DNA of 64,000 nt from Yuukianura sp. NJ FZ-2021 (Eukaryota): assembly GCA_046563655.1 (NCBI GenBank), contig CM102285.1, positions 12,090,001 to 12,154,000 on the forward strand, read 5' to 3'. Position numbers and translations under genes: made by a program. Positions 49,801-62,356 of the stretch are shown here, piece after piece. Every line of letters begins with the position of its first letter. Positions within the stretch are counted from its first letter, which is position 1. The notes under the pieces were generated by a model. It saw only the letters and a program-made list of their open reading frames with translations. It was not told the DNA's origin and made no database searches.

Positions 49801-52800
49801 GTAAAACACGCTAGAGTGACTTCCACTTTCACTTCAATTGTCAACAAACTTGTCTCTACTGGTTCATTTTTATCAAAAGAAAAATTTAAAATCACAGAAA
49901 TCTGTGCTATCCCTCCCTTGTGTTGTGACTCATGAGAACAATGGACATGAGTCCTTAAAATTCCCCCGTAATCTGTTGCTAACAATTGAATTGTTGACAA
50001 ACAAATGGTTCCAGCTAGCCTGACGCTTCTAGATAGTAACTTCCACACTGATGGACTTTCAAGTGGACTTTCGTCGTGTCAAGAATACTGAATCTCTCAA
50101 CTTCCCAAAAAGATAACCGTATTTTGGACACAAGGACTGACGTCCGTCCCTACGATCTAAATCCAAATTCGTAGAATCCATGAAACATCGCTCTTAAGGA
50201 TCTTTACGACGTTTAAATAAGGGAAATGTTAAGCTTACCGCAATGCTTCATCTGAACATGGTTATGCATAATGAGGACTTTGACAATGACGTGACCAGCA
50301 GCAGCAGACTGGACGCTTTAACGTAGGAGTTTGACACCCAGATAATGAGCAGTCACGTAGAGCCAAATATGGTCCATAAGAAGAATGATCACTGGTGGTG
50401 GTGGTGGTTGGTAAGTGCCATTTCGAAGCCTACGATGCCTGTGCTCTCTGTGGACTGAATCTTCAACTGAACAGTCTATTGTTGTTTGGCCAACAAAGGG
50501 AAGATTAGGGTGAGGAGACTACTACAGGAGGATTCTGTAAACTTCACCATCCTAACAAGTCATGATTACTTCAGAGAGCACACTCCAGGTGAGGCTGGAT
50601 ACCTGAAGGAGAATCAACCACACAAAATCAACGAACCATTCAACTACCAACGATCTTGTTCTTGACATAAATAAAACTAAAGGTAGACGTCGATGCTGTC
50701 AACTTCATTAAAATGATCGAATGATTGATTACTATGAATTGATATGAAACTGATTTACCTTACCAAACAAGAATGGTTGCCAGAATTTTCATCGAGTTCC
50801 GACCGGGTCTGGCACCGATCGACGTTTGACAACACTGAAGATGATCTTCTTACCTCCATGACTGTCTCTTGACAAGTTATCACTCACTAGTCAACAGCAA
50901 TCGTTGAAACTAAACTAACTGATTGAAGATTAATCGATTGATAGATGATTGCTGAGAGTGAGATTCTGATTCTCCAGTGACGATGTGATGAGAGTATGAC
51001 AGATCAAAAAATTCCCTCTTTTCTTTTGTTTACAAAACGCGACGCATGCGCAACGTACAAAAATTCAAAATTTTGTTTTCGCGGGCTTTTTTCTGTCGAA
51101 AGTCACGCGCCTTCTCCTGATTGGTTAAACGAATTTATGAATGAAAATCATACTAAATAGTAGAAATGCACTTTATGAATGAACGTAAACTTGCACTAAG
51201 GAATGAATGAACGTAAAATTGGTTATGAGTGAACGTGGACTGGCATTTATGAATGAAACTAGAAGAGTCTACTATTTTACAACTTCTGTACACCCCTCAA
51301 AACTCAAAAATTTGTAAATTTTATGAAAATTTACTAGTTTTTTAACAAAAATATATTTCTGTTGGATTTGCATGGTACGTTTGCTTAAAATTATGAAACA
51401 AATTTAATTGAGTAATTAACAGATAATTGCCACTTTTTGTGATTGGTTTGTCCGTTTTAATTACACCTTTCGGTGGATCTTTGCAAAAATTCATCAGAGC
51501 TTAAACTTATTTCATACAAAAAGAGATGAAACCAATTAATTAAAATCTCAGCAAGACCGTAGAAGATTGTAGATTGGGAAGATATGGGTTAAGAATCTTC
51601 CGTTTCATGCTGCTTTTAGTCCTTTACTTCTCATGTTCTTATTCATATTGCATTGTTTTTTCTTTAGATTTCTTGGCTTTTATTGCTAACAAGCCAAACA
51701 CAAAGTTTCATAAGAACAAAGCAGTTTTTTTTATATTTTCCAAAGTTACTTTTAAGTTCTGGTTTTAATCTGAGAAGGAAATCAAGGATTGTTGTGCCTT
51801 ATCATGACTTTCCCTCAGGATATGAAATTTGAAATTGCAAGGAACAAAAGTTCATCATCTCCAAAGACTTCCCATAAGTTGAACATAGGATGAACATAAG
51901 TTATATGCACAAGACAACATCACAACATACGGTGGACGTCACTTCGTCAGAGACACGTTTTGTTTTGATCCTGGTTGTGTGGGTGACTTTGCTCAGGTCA
52001 CCCACCCGCACTTCGTCACTTCTCACATTACCAAAACAAATAAAAACTTTCCGCAAAATGATTTAGAATATGCTTATCTCTCAGAAAAATAGGTTTTTGC
52101 AAAAACAAAGTTTCGGATCACAGAAAATCCTTGTTTTTGCCAACAAAACCTACCATAGCGGGAAAAATATTTACAAGTTCCCCTCCAACATCCGCCCTCA
52201 TTTGAAGCAAAAACTTAATAATGTGCACGTAAGTTCACCTGTTGTGTGCTTATTAAATATTTCCCTCCATTTTGAAAACAATATACATATGGTAAGAGGT
52301 GATGGTGGTTTTGAATGCGTTTCCATTTAAGCAGATGCTGTGTCATTTGAATACAAATAACAAATTTATTGGAAGAACTCACTCGAGTCTTTGCCCTCTC
52401 TCAACCTCTTTCTGTCCTTTTCCAACTAAAACTGAAACTTACACACATAAAACTAATTTCATAATTTCCAACTTCAAAACAAAATTTCCAAAAATAGTTT
52501 ATAAAAACTGAAAATCAAAAAAAGTATACCAAATTCCAACTTATAAAACAAATCCGTCGTACTCGTAGTACTTTCGGTCAAGTCGGTCAACTATTGAGTG
52601 AACTTAAAATACTCTGTGACTATGTAAAACTTTTAATCAGCGACGTTTAAGGGCGATTTCTTTTTCAAAGAAAATTTCCTAAACTTTTTTTGTCCGATTT
52701 TCGATTTTCCTGTTTCACAAAATGATGCGAATTTTCCTTCTATTCTATTAATTCTATTAACCTATTAATTCTATGAATCATGAAGTGTACCTACATGCGT

Positions 52801-55800
52801 AGATTACTTAAGTAACATTGAAGAGTTAACTAATCTCTTCAGTTAATTATGTAAATCACCACCAAGTACTAATATTCTGGAGTGAATCAGCCTAAATTAG
52901 TTACTTGATCCGGAAGTGTTTAAGTGGGTGATCGCAGGTTGTACTTTACTTTAAGTTTTAAATCTAAAGAATAATTAAGTTCAATTGGCCAGTGCGTATC
53001 CCCAACTTGATCTCATTCTCAAGAGTACTTTACAAATTAGTTTTCATCAGAGCCAGTTACAACTGTAGTATCAAAAATTCCCAATCTCAATTAACTTCGT
53101 CATGCTCCAAGTTCCTCGCTCCCAAGTGAATTCTAGATCTTGATTGGATTCAATTCAAAAACAACATTTTAAAACAAAACCAACAAGTAGCTGGGTTTTT
53201 TGAAAAGTAGTGTACATCGGAGTAGGGTTACCAGAAAACTGAGAAACTTAAGACATAAGGGTTCCGTCTTTCAGGATTTACAGTTGTGGGGGTCCCTTAA
53301 GGTTCCCAGAATAGGGTGTAATCATATTGCTAAGGGTACCTTCTGGAGCCCTTAGAACAGGAGGCTTCCACAAGTTGTTGAAACACAAGGACGCAGGGAA
53401 CAACTGAAACTGAAAATACATTTTCCCACGGTATTCCTCTTTTCACAGCTTTCCAACTGCCCGCTGTTCCCAAAACTTTGGATTGAACACATTTTCAAAA
53501 AAACAAGCAAAATTTTGAAAAATTTCCCACAAGAGTTGCAAGATGATGAAGAAACGTGGGATTGCATAATTAAGTCGTTCCTGGAATACATCAATCGCAC
53601 CGTGCTTAATTATAATTTTCAGTTATTACGTTTTTCTCTACTTTAATCGCTGTTTTGCCTTGCTTTTGCCAATTTTTGCTTAGTACTCTCTGACTAGACT
53701 ACTAAAGTGCAAATCCAAAATGTGGACACTGATAAATTTTAGTGCTAAAGTACATATGTAAAGAGAGCCATATTATGTCAAATTTAACGCCTCAAGTATC
53801 CCCTACGTCAGTGATAACCTTATGCTCTTTTCCCCTGGCTAATCAGGGATTTTCACATGATCAAAATGAGCAATTCACACTAAAGGCTAAATCTTCCAAA
53901 TTCATTTTACAGCTATAATTCAAGCGTTTAATAAAAAAAAAAGTCCAATTTTTTTGGCACATGATCCGTCCATGTAGAAAGTCAATGTGAATTCAGCCAA
54001 CCAGAAAACAAGATCAAGGAGACCGGATGACAGGCCGTTTGCCAATTGCAAAAAATTGCGAATAAAATTTGCACAAAATGGCGAACGGCAGGTGCTACTT
54101 GACCAGAGTCACGAGCCACAAAAAATCTGCAATAATAAAAGCTTCACTTTTGCTAAAAACTAAAAAAATCATTACTTTTGCTAAAATCTTTTCCGTTTTC
54201 ATTGTTTTATGTTTGTAGAGAATATGTAATTTGCAAAAAAAAATGCAAAGGTACCTTGTTTTGTTTTAGTTTCAGTAAGAATGTTTAATTTAAGAAAAAC
54301 CCTGTGAGTCACTTTTTTGAGATTTTGATTGTTGAGAACGTTTTTATTGTTGAAGTAGCAGAACACCTTGCAGACGGTAGCAGCAGAACCAGAATAAATG
54401 AGAAACCACTTGTTGCTTCTTTCGTTTTCATTTCCATTCATTTGGAACAGGTTTATTATCATTACTTTTCCACTGTAATAGATTTTAATAGACCGGAAAC
54501 TGCGTTTCAAAAACTTAAAAAAATGAAACTTCCTTTGCAATCCAAGAAAATTCTTATACTTTTCGCGTATTATTAAATATAAATTAATCTTACAGAATCA
54601 GCATTAAAATAACTATTCCATTTATTAAAATGAAATTGAACTAAAAACCATTGATTTAAAATATTTTTACTTAATTTCAGTTTGTTATCGAATAGAGCCT
54701 AGTTTTTTCACGAGTTCAGACTCTGTTTTTACAAGCTAAACCCCGATCACAAAAACTTTTCTTTCCTACCTGACTTTTAACACGTCAAAAAATAGCTTTC
54801 CTCGCGCCTCTGTTGTTTCTTGTTTGGAAACTTTGAAACCAAGAATTATTAAGTAGTACTTTCAACACTGATTAGTTAGTACTGTTTCTGTTTAGTTAAT
54901 TGTCGTTAAATTAAGTTAAATGAAAGTTAGCCAACCTTTAACGCTCAATATTTAAATTAAAACGTTAAATTATTTCTAAAAGTTGACCTTTCTAAACAGA
55001 ATATGTGACCTCCACTTCGTGACATTTCATGTATAGCCAAAAATTATGCCACAGCGTTACAGACTTAGCGAAGCGTAAAACCTTGTGACCCTGGACATTA
55101 ATTTATGAATGTTCCATTGCAGAACATGCAATTGTTTTCTTACCACAATTTCCTTACTCTCAAAAATTAAATTAACAACCAACAAGAAACAGGTGAACTT
55201 GTTTTTCAAAAAATTGCATTTTTTAACTTTTGAGCTCCCAATAATTATGAATTTTTTTAAACCTTGGGTGTCCAACTAGACTTCTCTGGATTTACAAGGA
55301 ACCCCTTCGCCCATCCACAATTTTTTGGTGTTCTGTTACATAATACTCATCAGTTCCAAGTTAATTTTCTAAAAAAGTTCTCACGATCCCCTTCTGACTG
55401 CCCTTAACGAACAAAGTAACCCTTAAGTCTCCTATTTTGACAGAGGCTAAGGGCACAGTGATCCCATTAGGCCGTTTTTCATTGTTCTCTAACGTCCTAC
55501 TTCCTCTGGAGTTTAGATTTTAGATTTTGATCAATCAAGAATCTGTGAGAACAGGTAGCCCTTAAGTCCCCCTCTCGCTCGTCTTAAGGGTTCTGGATAA
55601 CAATAGAATTATAGGAGAAACGTAATGAACCATTCTCAAAATATTAGTCACGATCACTTTAGTATTTCTAAGAACAGCTTTTGAAATACGTTAAAAAATG
55701 GTTCCCCCATTTTAGCTTTTGAAGCATCCTCAATTGACTCTAATTTAAAATCTGAAAATTTGGAATTAATTTCAATTAAATCCAAAATTCAAACTACTTT

Positions 55801-58800
55801 TTTTAATCCTAGTAATTTTGTAGTAAGCTACTCCAGTAATCATGTTTAATCAAAATTTTAAAATCATGAGTCACATCATGTTTGCACAAAACAACAATGG
55901 ATCTCTTGTTTTCAAAAAATGCTAATCCTTTGTCATCCTCATCATTCTGCGAATTGTTCAACAAGCCTTTGCTTTTTTTGAATACTTCAAAAAATGGCTA
56001 TTTTGAGTCAAATTGGAACAAAAAAGTTGATTCCTGTCCAGGTGAAAACCACAAAGAAGATTTCCACTTTGAAAGTAACAATAGACTTGAAAAATGACAA
56101 CACCACTCCTCTGTGTCTTGACTTCAAAAAAATAGAGAGTGCGTTTTAGAATAAAGACGAGGCAGGAGGAGGTTGTTCACGAACAGAATTTTGATTCACA
56201 GTTGAAAATGTTCAGTTTCGAAAAAAGTGACCGGAAATGGTCACAAAAAAGTAACGTGAAGGAGCTATTAAACTGCTTGTCCTTAAGAAAGTACAAGAAC
56301 TTGATTTTTTATTTAACCTGGAGGAACACGGCCCCTGAGGACTTTTATAACTTGGCATGACTATCTTTAAAAATTTTTGATGAAGATGATGAGCAGAGCT
56401 CCTGATACTCAAATGTCATCTTCTCCCCTCAAACAATTCAACTTCCAACTAAAATTTCGAAAAGTTAAGAAAATTTTGAAAAATTGAGAACATTCGGACA
56501 TAACCGAACATGAGATCATAAATTAAAAAGTGAAGGCTAGGAGTGATGGACTGGGCGTTTCTGATTCACTTAAGAAAAGTTTCTTTTCAATCGAAGTGTT
56601 GATTTTTACAGTAAAATTCATGAATCACTGTCAATTTCAATTTCCTAAAGGTAGAGATTAAAGTTGAATTGAAATTTTTGCCTAACCTAAATGCGCCTTT
56701 TACTGCAATTTGAAATCAATTCAATGAAGCATAGCAGAAATCTAAAAAGTAAACCAAGATCCTTGACTATTTTTCAATTCTTTTGTGCCTAAATTAAGGG
56801 AACTCTGCTTAAGTTTTTGTTGGTGTCACAAGATAGTTTCGGCTTCTTTTGATTTTCTTAGAGACAATTTAAGCGTGGCGTTACAAAGGCTTGTTACTTG
56901 ACTCCAAATGTAAGAAATTTAACCCTTGGAAGTGTTTGGGATTTAATGATTTCTCTTTAAATTTAAACTATTCTTGCTTAAGGAGCTTTGCTTAGCTTTA
57001 AGAATCCACAGAAGATTCTTAGAAAGGGAGTTCTGCTCCATCGAATTCACAATTTATAGTTCAGAGATTTTCAAAACAAAAATCCCAAACACTAAAGCCA
57101 GTGGGACTCTTTAGCCTTTGAACTTTAAACTTTAAACTGTATGCGCAAACGCTAACGCACTTAGGCAAACAGAAAACAATAATTGTTTTCTGTTTCTAGA
57201 TTGCAATTATTGCAATCTAGTCAATGCAAAAGTGTAACGACAAATGTGGAAAATAAAGTAACATGGCCATGGAGCATGGAGAAACTCAAATTAACTGATT
57301 CAAAATTTTTAAACTATGAAAAAACCGAATATTCATCAAATGGCATCGAAGTTAAGCAGCTTAAGAAAACCGAAACTGTTTAGCACGAAACTTTTGCATT
57401 GTTTTTAAAGTTTAACTTTTAGAAATTTTGCAGAATCTGAAATTTGTGTTGTTTTTCAAAATTGAGGAGGTACTTTTGCAGTTACGCAGTTCAAACAAGG
57501 TTTGTTGAGACTTTAAGAAGGAGGGTGAGAAATCCATAAGGTACAAAACAACAGCAAGGGGGTGTGGACTCTTTCGATGATTTACGTTCTCACACTTTTC
57601 ACAATTTATGCTCAAAGATTGCATCAAATTTTGCACAAAAAGTGCAGAGTTTGGATTCTCTGCTTTAAATCCCACCTTAGATTGATTCCTAAATTCAAAT
57701 ATAATCGCACCAAACCAAACCAAAATTTATAGACCCTCAAGTCTCAAAAGCTGAGGTCAACAAACCTCTAGAGGTCAACTCACTTCTGCCAACATTACAG
57801 CAGATACAAAACAATTTTTTCAAAAAGAAAAGTAAAATTAAAAGCGTTTCGAAATTTGGAATCCTCAAACGATTACGCCAGTCAAAGTTTTTTTCGACGC
57901 ATCTCTTGCACTTTTTCCAAGACTGTCAATAGTTCATTTCGGGATTTGAACGTGATTTGGAGTTTTACTTTCCATTTTTGTTTTAGATTCCTGTTCTGTA
58001 GCTTAGACAAATCAAATTCTTCTCAAACTGTCAAACTGTATTGTATTTTTAATGCAAAAGTCCAAAAAGAACCGTTAAGTACAAGATATGCCATTTAAGG
58101 CCTAATGGCTCAACTTACGCTCACGCGTCCATTGGAGTAACACGTTTGAAAATAAAAAAAGCTGTATTAAATTAGATTAAACAAGAAAAGCTGCTAACAA
58201 TTAATCTGACAGAGATTTACTCCTATGCCACCCTGGAGCAACTGACAATTAAAACATACGATACGCATGCTCCATGTCCAAAGTCTTTGAACTCCATCTC
58301 TAACCGCACCACAAAATACTAAGCGACATAGCCCCGACCTTCAATCCAACACTCAAATGTCCTTAAAATCACGTTTTGAGTGTCGTCGTAATTTTCAACG
58401 CCCAAAATTTATAGCTGTTCTTCGAACTAAAAGTTGTTGGAAGTTGGCCGGATGACATGTGTCATTGCACCTAGGGAAGTTCTGGGACTTACAGACACTG
58501 GAAACGTCTCGGAATTTCAAAATGGCTGGAGAATCTGAGCACAATCATTATTTTTTGGATCCAAGGGCCTATGGGCCCTTACTGCCATCGATATTCTTCC
58601 AAGCACCCTACCCTTGGCTTTGTTAGTAACAAAAGTGAGCATCCATTTTCAAGCGAAGGGACCCCTTAACTGCATGACATCATTTCAAGTGACTGTGTCC
58701 AACATAACGCAGAGTCTTTTCAGTTTTGAAAAAAAATAACGTCATTTTCTTATTCTTGTGTTCAGTTGAACGCATTATTACAAGCATCTTGACTAACAAT

Positions 58801-59607
58801 AGACAGAACCCCAAAAATTTCAAAAAAGAGCTTCTTCTTTTTTTTCAAAAACTGTCTTTATGCTATAGGGTACTAAAGAAAACGAAGTTTAAATTCCTGA
58901 GTTCAAAAATCCAGTAGCTTTCTGACTCAGTAGCCTTAAGTTCCAGTTTTCAAAATTTCGAATTTTAGGTCGCTTGCCCGAATGAATTGACTAGATTTCA
59001 AAAGTTTTTAGCACAAACCGATGACTCATTAGCTGTCGCTAGCATTTTTCTAAACTTGTTTTTCAACTTTTACTTTTTTTGGAACATATTCCATTGTTTG
59101 CACAAGGAATTCTAAGAATTGAAGTGTTGACACAACTGATTGATAAGCTTTGTCAGTCAATGTAAGCAGAAATAAGCAGATTAAAAATCCTACGTTCAAA
59201 AAATTCTACGCAAACCAAATCCTTATTATCAATTTTGGCAAATTCGAGTAACCTATTGACAATCAATCTCTGGACGTTGCAACTTTTATGAATGAAACTG
59301 ACCAATTCGTACGTTCACCATCAATGAAAACCTGGCCCATGTTAAAGGGCATTGGGGTCATCATCCACTTTTCGTTGTTTTTCAAAAACCGCTGAAGTCA
59401 TTGATGTTGATTCAGCATAAGCAAGCAAAAAAAAATGGTATGAAGGAAAAGAAAATTCATGTGAATTTTTGACTTTCTCGAAAAAGCGTTTGTAATTTTT
59501 GTTCGAAAGTCACAGGAAGCAGCGCAGTTGTGCAAAAATCCAACTGCAAAAAGCAAAATTTTGACGGAAGCAGCCTAAGCATGAGAAAATGGAAGTTGTC
59601 ACCTTAC

Positions 59608-59749
59608 CTAGCTCTTCCAAACGACCTGTCGGACCTCCTTCGACCAGGAACTGGTTGACATTTGCCCCTGCTGCCAGCATCAGTACTACTGTCATCCAAA
59701 TGGTCTTGGCAGAAGCCATCTTTCTATCCAAATACGATCTTCTTCTCAT
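59608..59749 (-). CDS. Egfr: Egfr distal alternative first coding exon (isoform about 1445-1455 aa)
   Basis: (MRRRSYLDRK)MASAKTIWMTVVLMLAAGA signal-peptide-like sequence; strong donor CTA G|gtaagg, phase 1, in frame with the acceptor at 16126 (RLEEL-VCIGTNG). I found no other gene body it could belong to. Confidence 0.72.
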
Positions 59750-60251
59750 TTCCCGCTTTCTTTCAAACTGTGATCTTTGGCCTGCTCAAAAATGTTGTCA
59801 ATCCACGCCTTGCAACTTTCTTCAAACTATGAGTTACAGAAAACTTTCTTCTAAAAAAAAGTTTTGTAATGGAATATTCTGTCGGTGATGCGCTGATTCT
59901 TGAAACGTGCAGTGCAGTTATTTGTCAAAAGTTTATGAATGAATCCATTGTTGAATCACTTAAGGAATTGAATGCGTTCTTGCTCATCATCTTCATTTCG
60001 TTTTCTTGTCCATAAAATCTTTGATGAGTCAACACAGACTGATGATCAAGATCACTTCCCACACGTTGCTTGCTCAGAATGAATCAAGATTGACTCACCT
60101 GTTGAGTCTAAGTCCAGACAAGCTATGCTGTTCCAAATACCTTCCAAATTTGCACAAAATTTGAAGAATTTGCGAATTTACAACTTGCGTAACAGAATTT
60201 TTGTCCAGAGAAGTTCTAGAACGGCGTTTCGTGTGTGGAAGTTGTTTCCGA

Positions 60252-60257
60252 AACTGA
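60252..60257 (-). promoter_or_regulatory. Candidate initiator (TCAGTT) for the distal Egfr transcript
   Basis: Arthropod Inr consensus about 500 bp upstream of the distal ATG, followed by a CAG|gtgagt donor at about 60098; a second Inr-like TCAGTC at about 60041. Short motif, so weak evidence. Confidence 0.25.
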
Positions 60258-62356
60258 AATTGATTCAATTGTAACTTTTGCTTTCTATTGTCTTATCATG
60301 CACAGCTCAACATGAAAGATACGGTTGAGCTCTTCAAAGTGATGACGATGTCACAAAGATTAGTAACAATTCCAATATTAAAAGTTAAATAAAGTTAAAT
60401 AACATAACGGTTAAGCCTTTTCCTGTGCTATTCTTTAGTACACCTCTGCTGGAAATCACCGTGTTCGCTAAAAGCCAAATCCTGTTCTTGACACAGTTAG
60501 ACAATATTTAATTTTGGGGCGAGGTCACTGTGCAAAAATAACAAGGAAAAACAGTACTCCAAAATTTTAGCAAGTCTTTTTGCAAAACGGTCAAAATTTT
60601 GCAATATAAGAACAGCACACGAAACTTTTGTGAAGAAAATGCTCTTAGAATTAAATTGATTGATTGTCAGATGCGAAATAGATACGCTTGTAGAAAAATT
60701 CCAAATTTTTAGATTGCTTTCACTTTTTTTTGATTTGTCTCAACTTTTTCTGTTTGCTTAGGTTTGAAGAAGTCTTTAGGTTTGATGCAGTTAATGTTGA
60801 AGTTAACGTGTAAACTTAATGAGAGATTAGATTAGTCGAGGTGTGAAAGTCCTTATGCCAGACGCTTTTGGATTAACTTGTGCTCCTCCTCGTACCGAAT
60901 AGAAGACTGAACTATACAAGATTTGAGTAGTGTCTGTTCTTGGTGTTTTGGAAGCATTTGGAGGGCTGTAGAAGGATGAATTGAAATGAACAATTCTAGT
61001 CCAAAGGAAAAACCTCAAGCTAAAAGCTAATGCTAAAGTAAAGGCGGGGGTGAAAACCTAACAGCAACTGGGGTAGTTTACCTTTCTTGATTTTTTTGAA
61101 GTTACAGAAACGCATGTGGGAAAGTATTCCTGTTTTTTCCATCCCGAGACATGTCCACCCTCACTTTCAGTCTTTGAAGACAGTTTTCCGTGGGAGCACT
61201 TGTGGACGTTTTGCCTCAAGGGCTTCTGTAAGGACTCTCCTTCATCTGTAGTAAATAAGGCAGCAAAATTTCAGAGTCCAACGAGGTCTTCTTTTGAATT
61301 TCTAGACTTCCAGAATCCAAGAGGAGTCTACCGTACCTTCTTCAATGAACGGGCCCTTAAGGGCACCACAGTCTCAGAAAAGGTAGACTTTAAGAATGAT
61401 CTTGCTTCAAGATGCAAAGCGTTCACCATCTGCTGCCCTTCAGAATTCAAATTCGTGAATGAACTCTGATCAGTTTCTGAATTTCTGAAATGAAACGACT
61501 AACAGGTCGAAATTTTGGTGTAAAATAATTGATAGGAAAAGGTCACTTTCAAAAGGAGGCCCTTACGGCCAAAAAATATTTTTTCGTTTTTCGGAAAAAC
61601 GATCGAAAATGACGTGAAAAAAGTAAAAAGGAAGAGAAATAAATTTTTTGAAAAATGTGACGAAAAGAATTATTTTGGTTGGATCCGAAAATTTTTAACG
61701 CCAGTTTGAAAATTTCAAAAAAAGATTTTTTTATTGGCTCAATCCAAGATTAACAGTTTATCCATTTTATCCATTAACGGTTCCACAGTTTATCCATTAA
61801 CGGTTTATCCATGGTTTGGGTCCTTCGAAAAAAAAAATTCGGAAACCGATTGAAATGACGTAAAAACGTCTTAAAAAAGTGAAAAGGAGGAAACAAAATT
61901 TCGAAAAACATTTTTCTTGTCGAATTTTCGAAAAATTCGACAAAAAAAGTCTTTTCTGGATGCGAGAATTTTATGACAAAAGCAACAAGATGTTTAAGTT
62001 TATTGGAATTTTTTTTTGATACTTTCAGTTTTAAGAAATATGAGTATCGTCAAACTGTTTTACCAATGTTGGATTTTAAGCTTAAGTCAAATACCCGAAA
62101 ACCCCTTCACTCACTAACACTTTTATAACAATTCTTTAGTTATTTTAAAAATAAAGAATCTATTCAAACAAAGAATATTGTCAACAAGAAGTTAAGTTAG
62201 GACTAACAAAGAAGAGTTATTAGAGTTGTAGTTTAGATTGATGATGCTTTGGATTCGCTGTGATTGATTAAGTATTTGGGGTTTTTAAATTGCACCAATA
62301 AAGTTGTTGTTATGCTTCCTCTGGTTGCATTATTCCGGGGAATATGTTAGATCAGT

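Noticed and set aside
51979..52005. GC-rich hairpin gtgggtgac...gtcacccac as a Helitron end or pre-miRNA
   Set aside because: No CTRR terminus at the expected distance on either strand; stem too short for a pre-miRNA.
57753..57779. Two gaggtcaac nuclear-receptor half-sites
   Set aside because: The 12-nt spacing is non-canonical, and a short match is not significant without conservation data.
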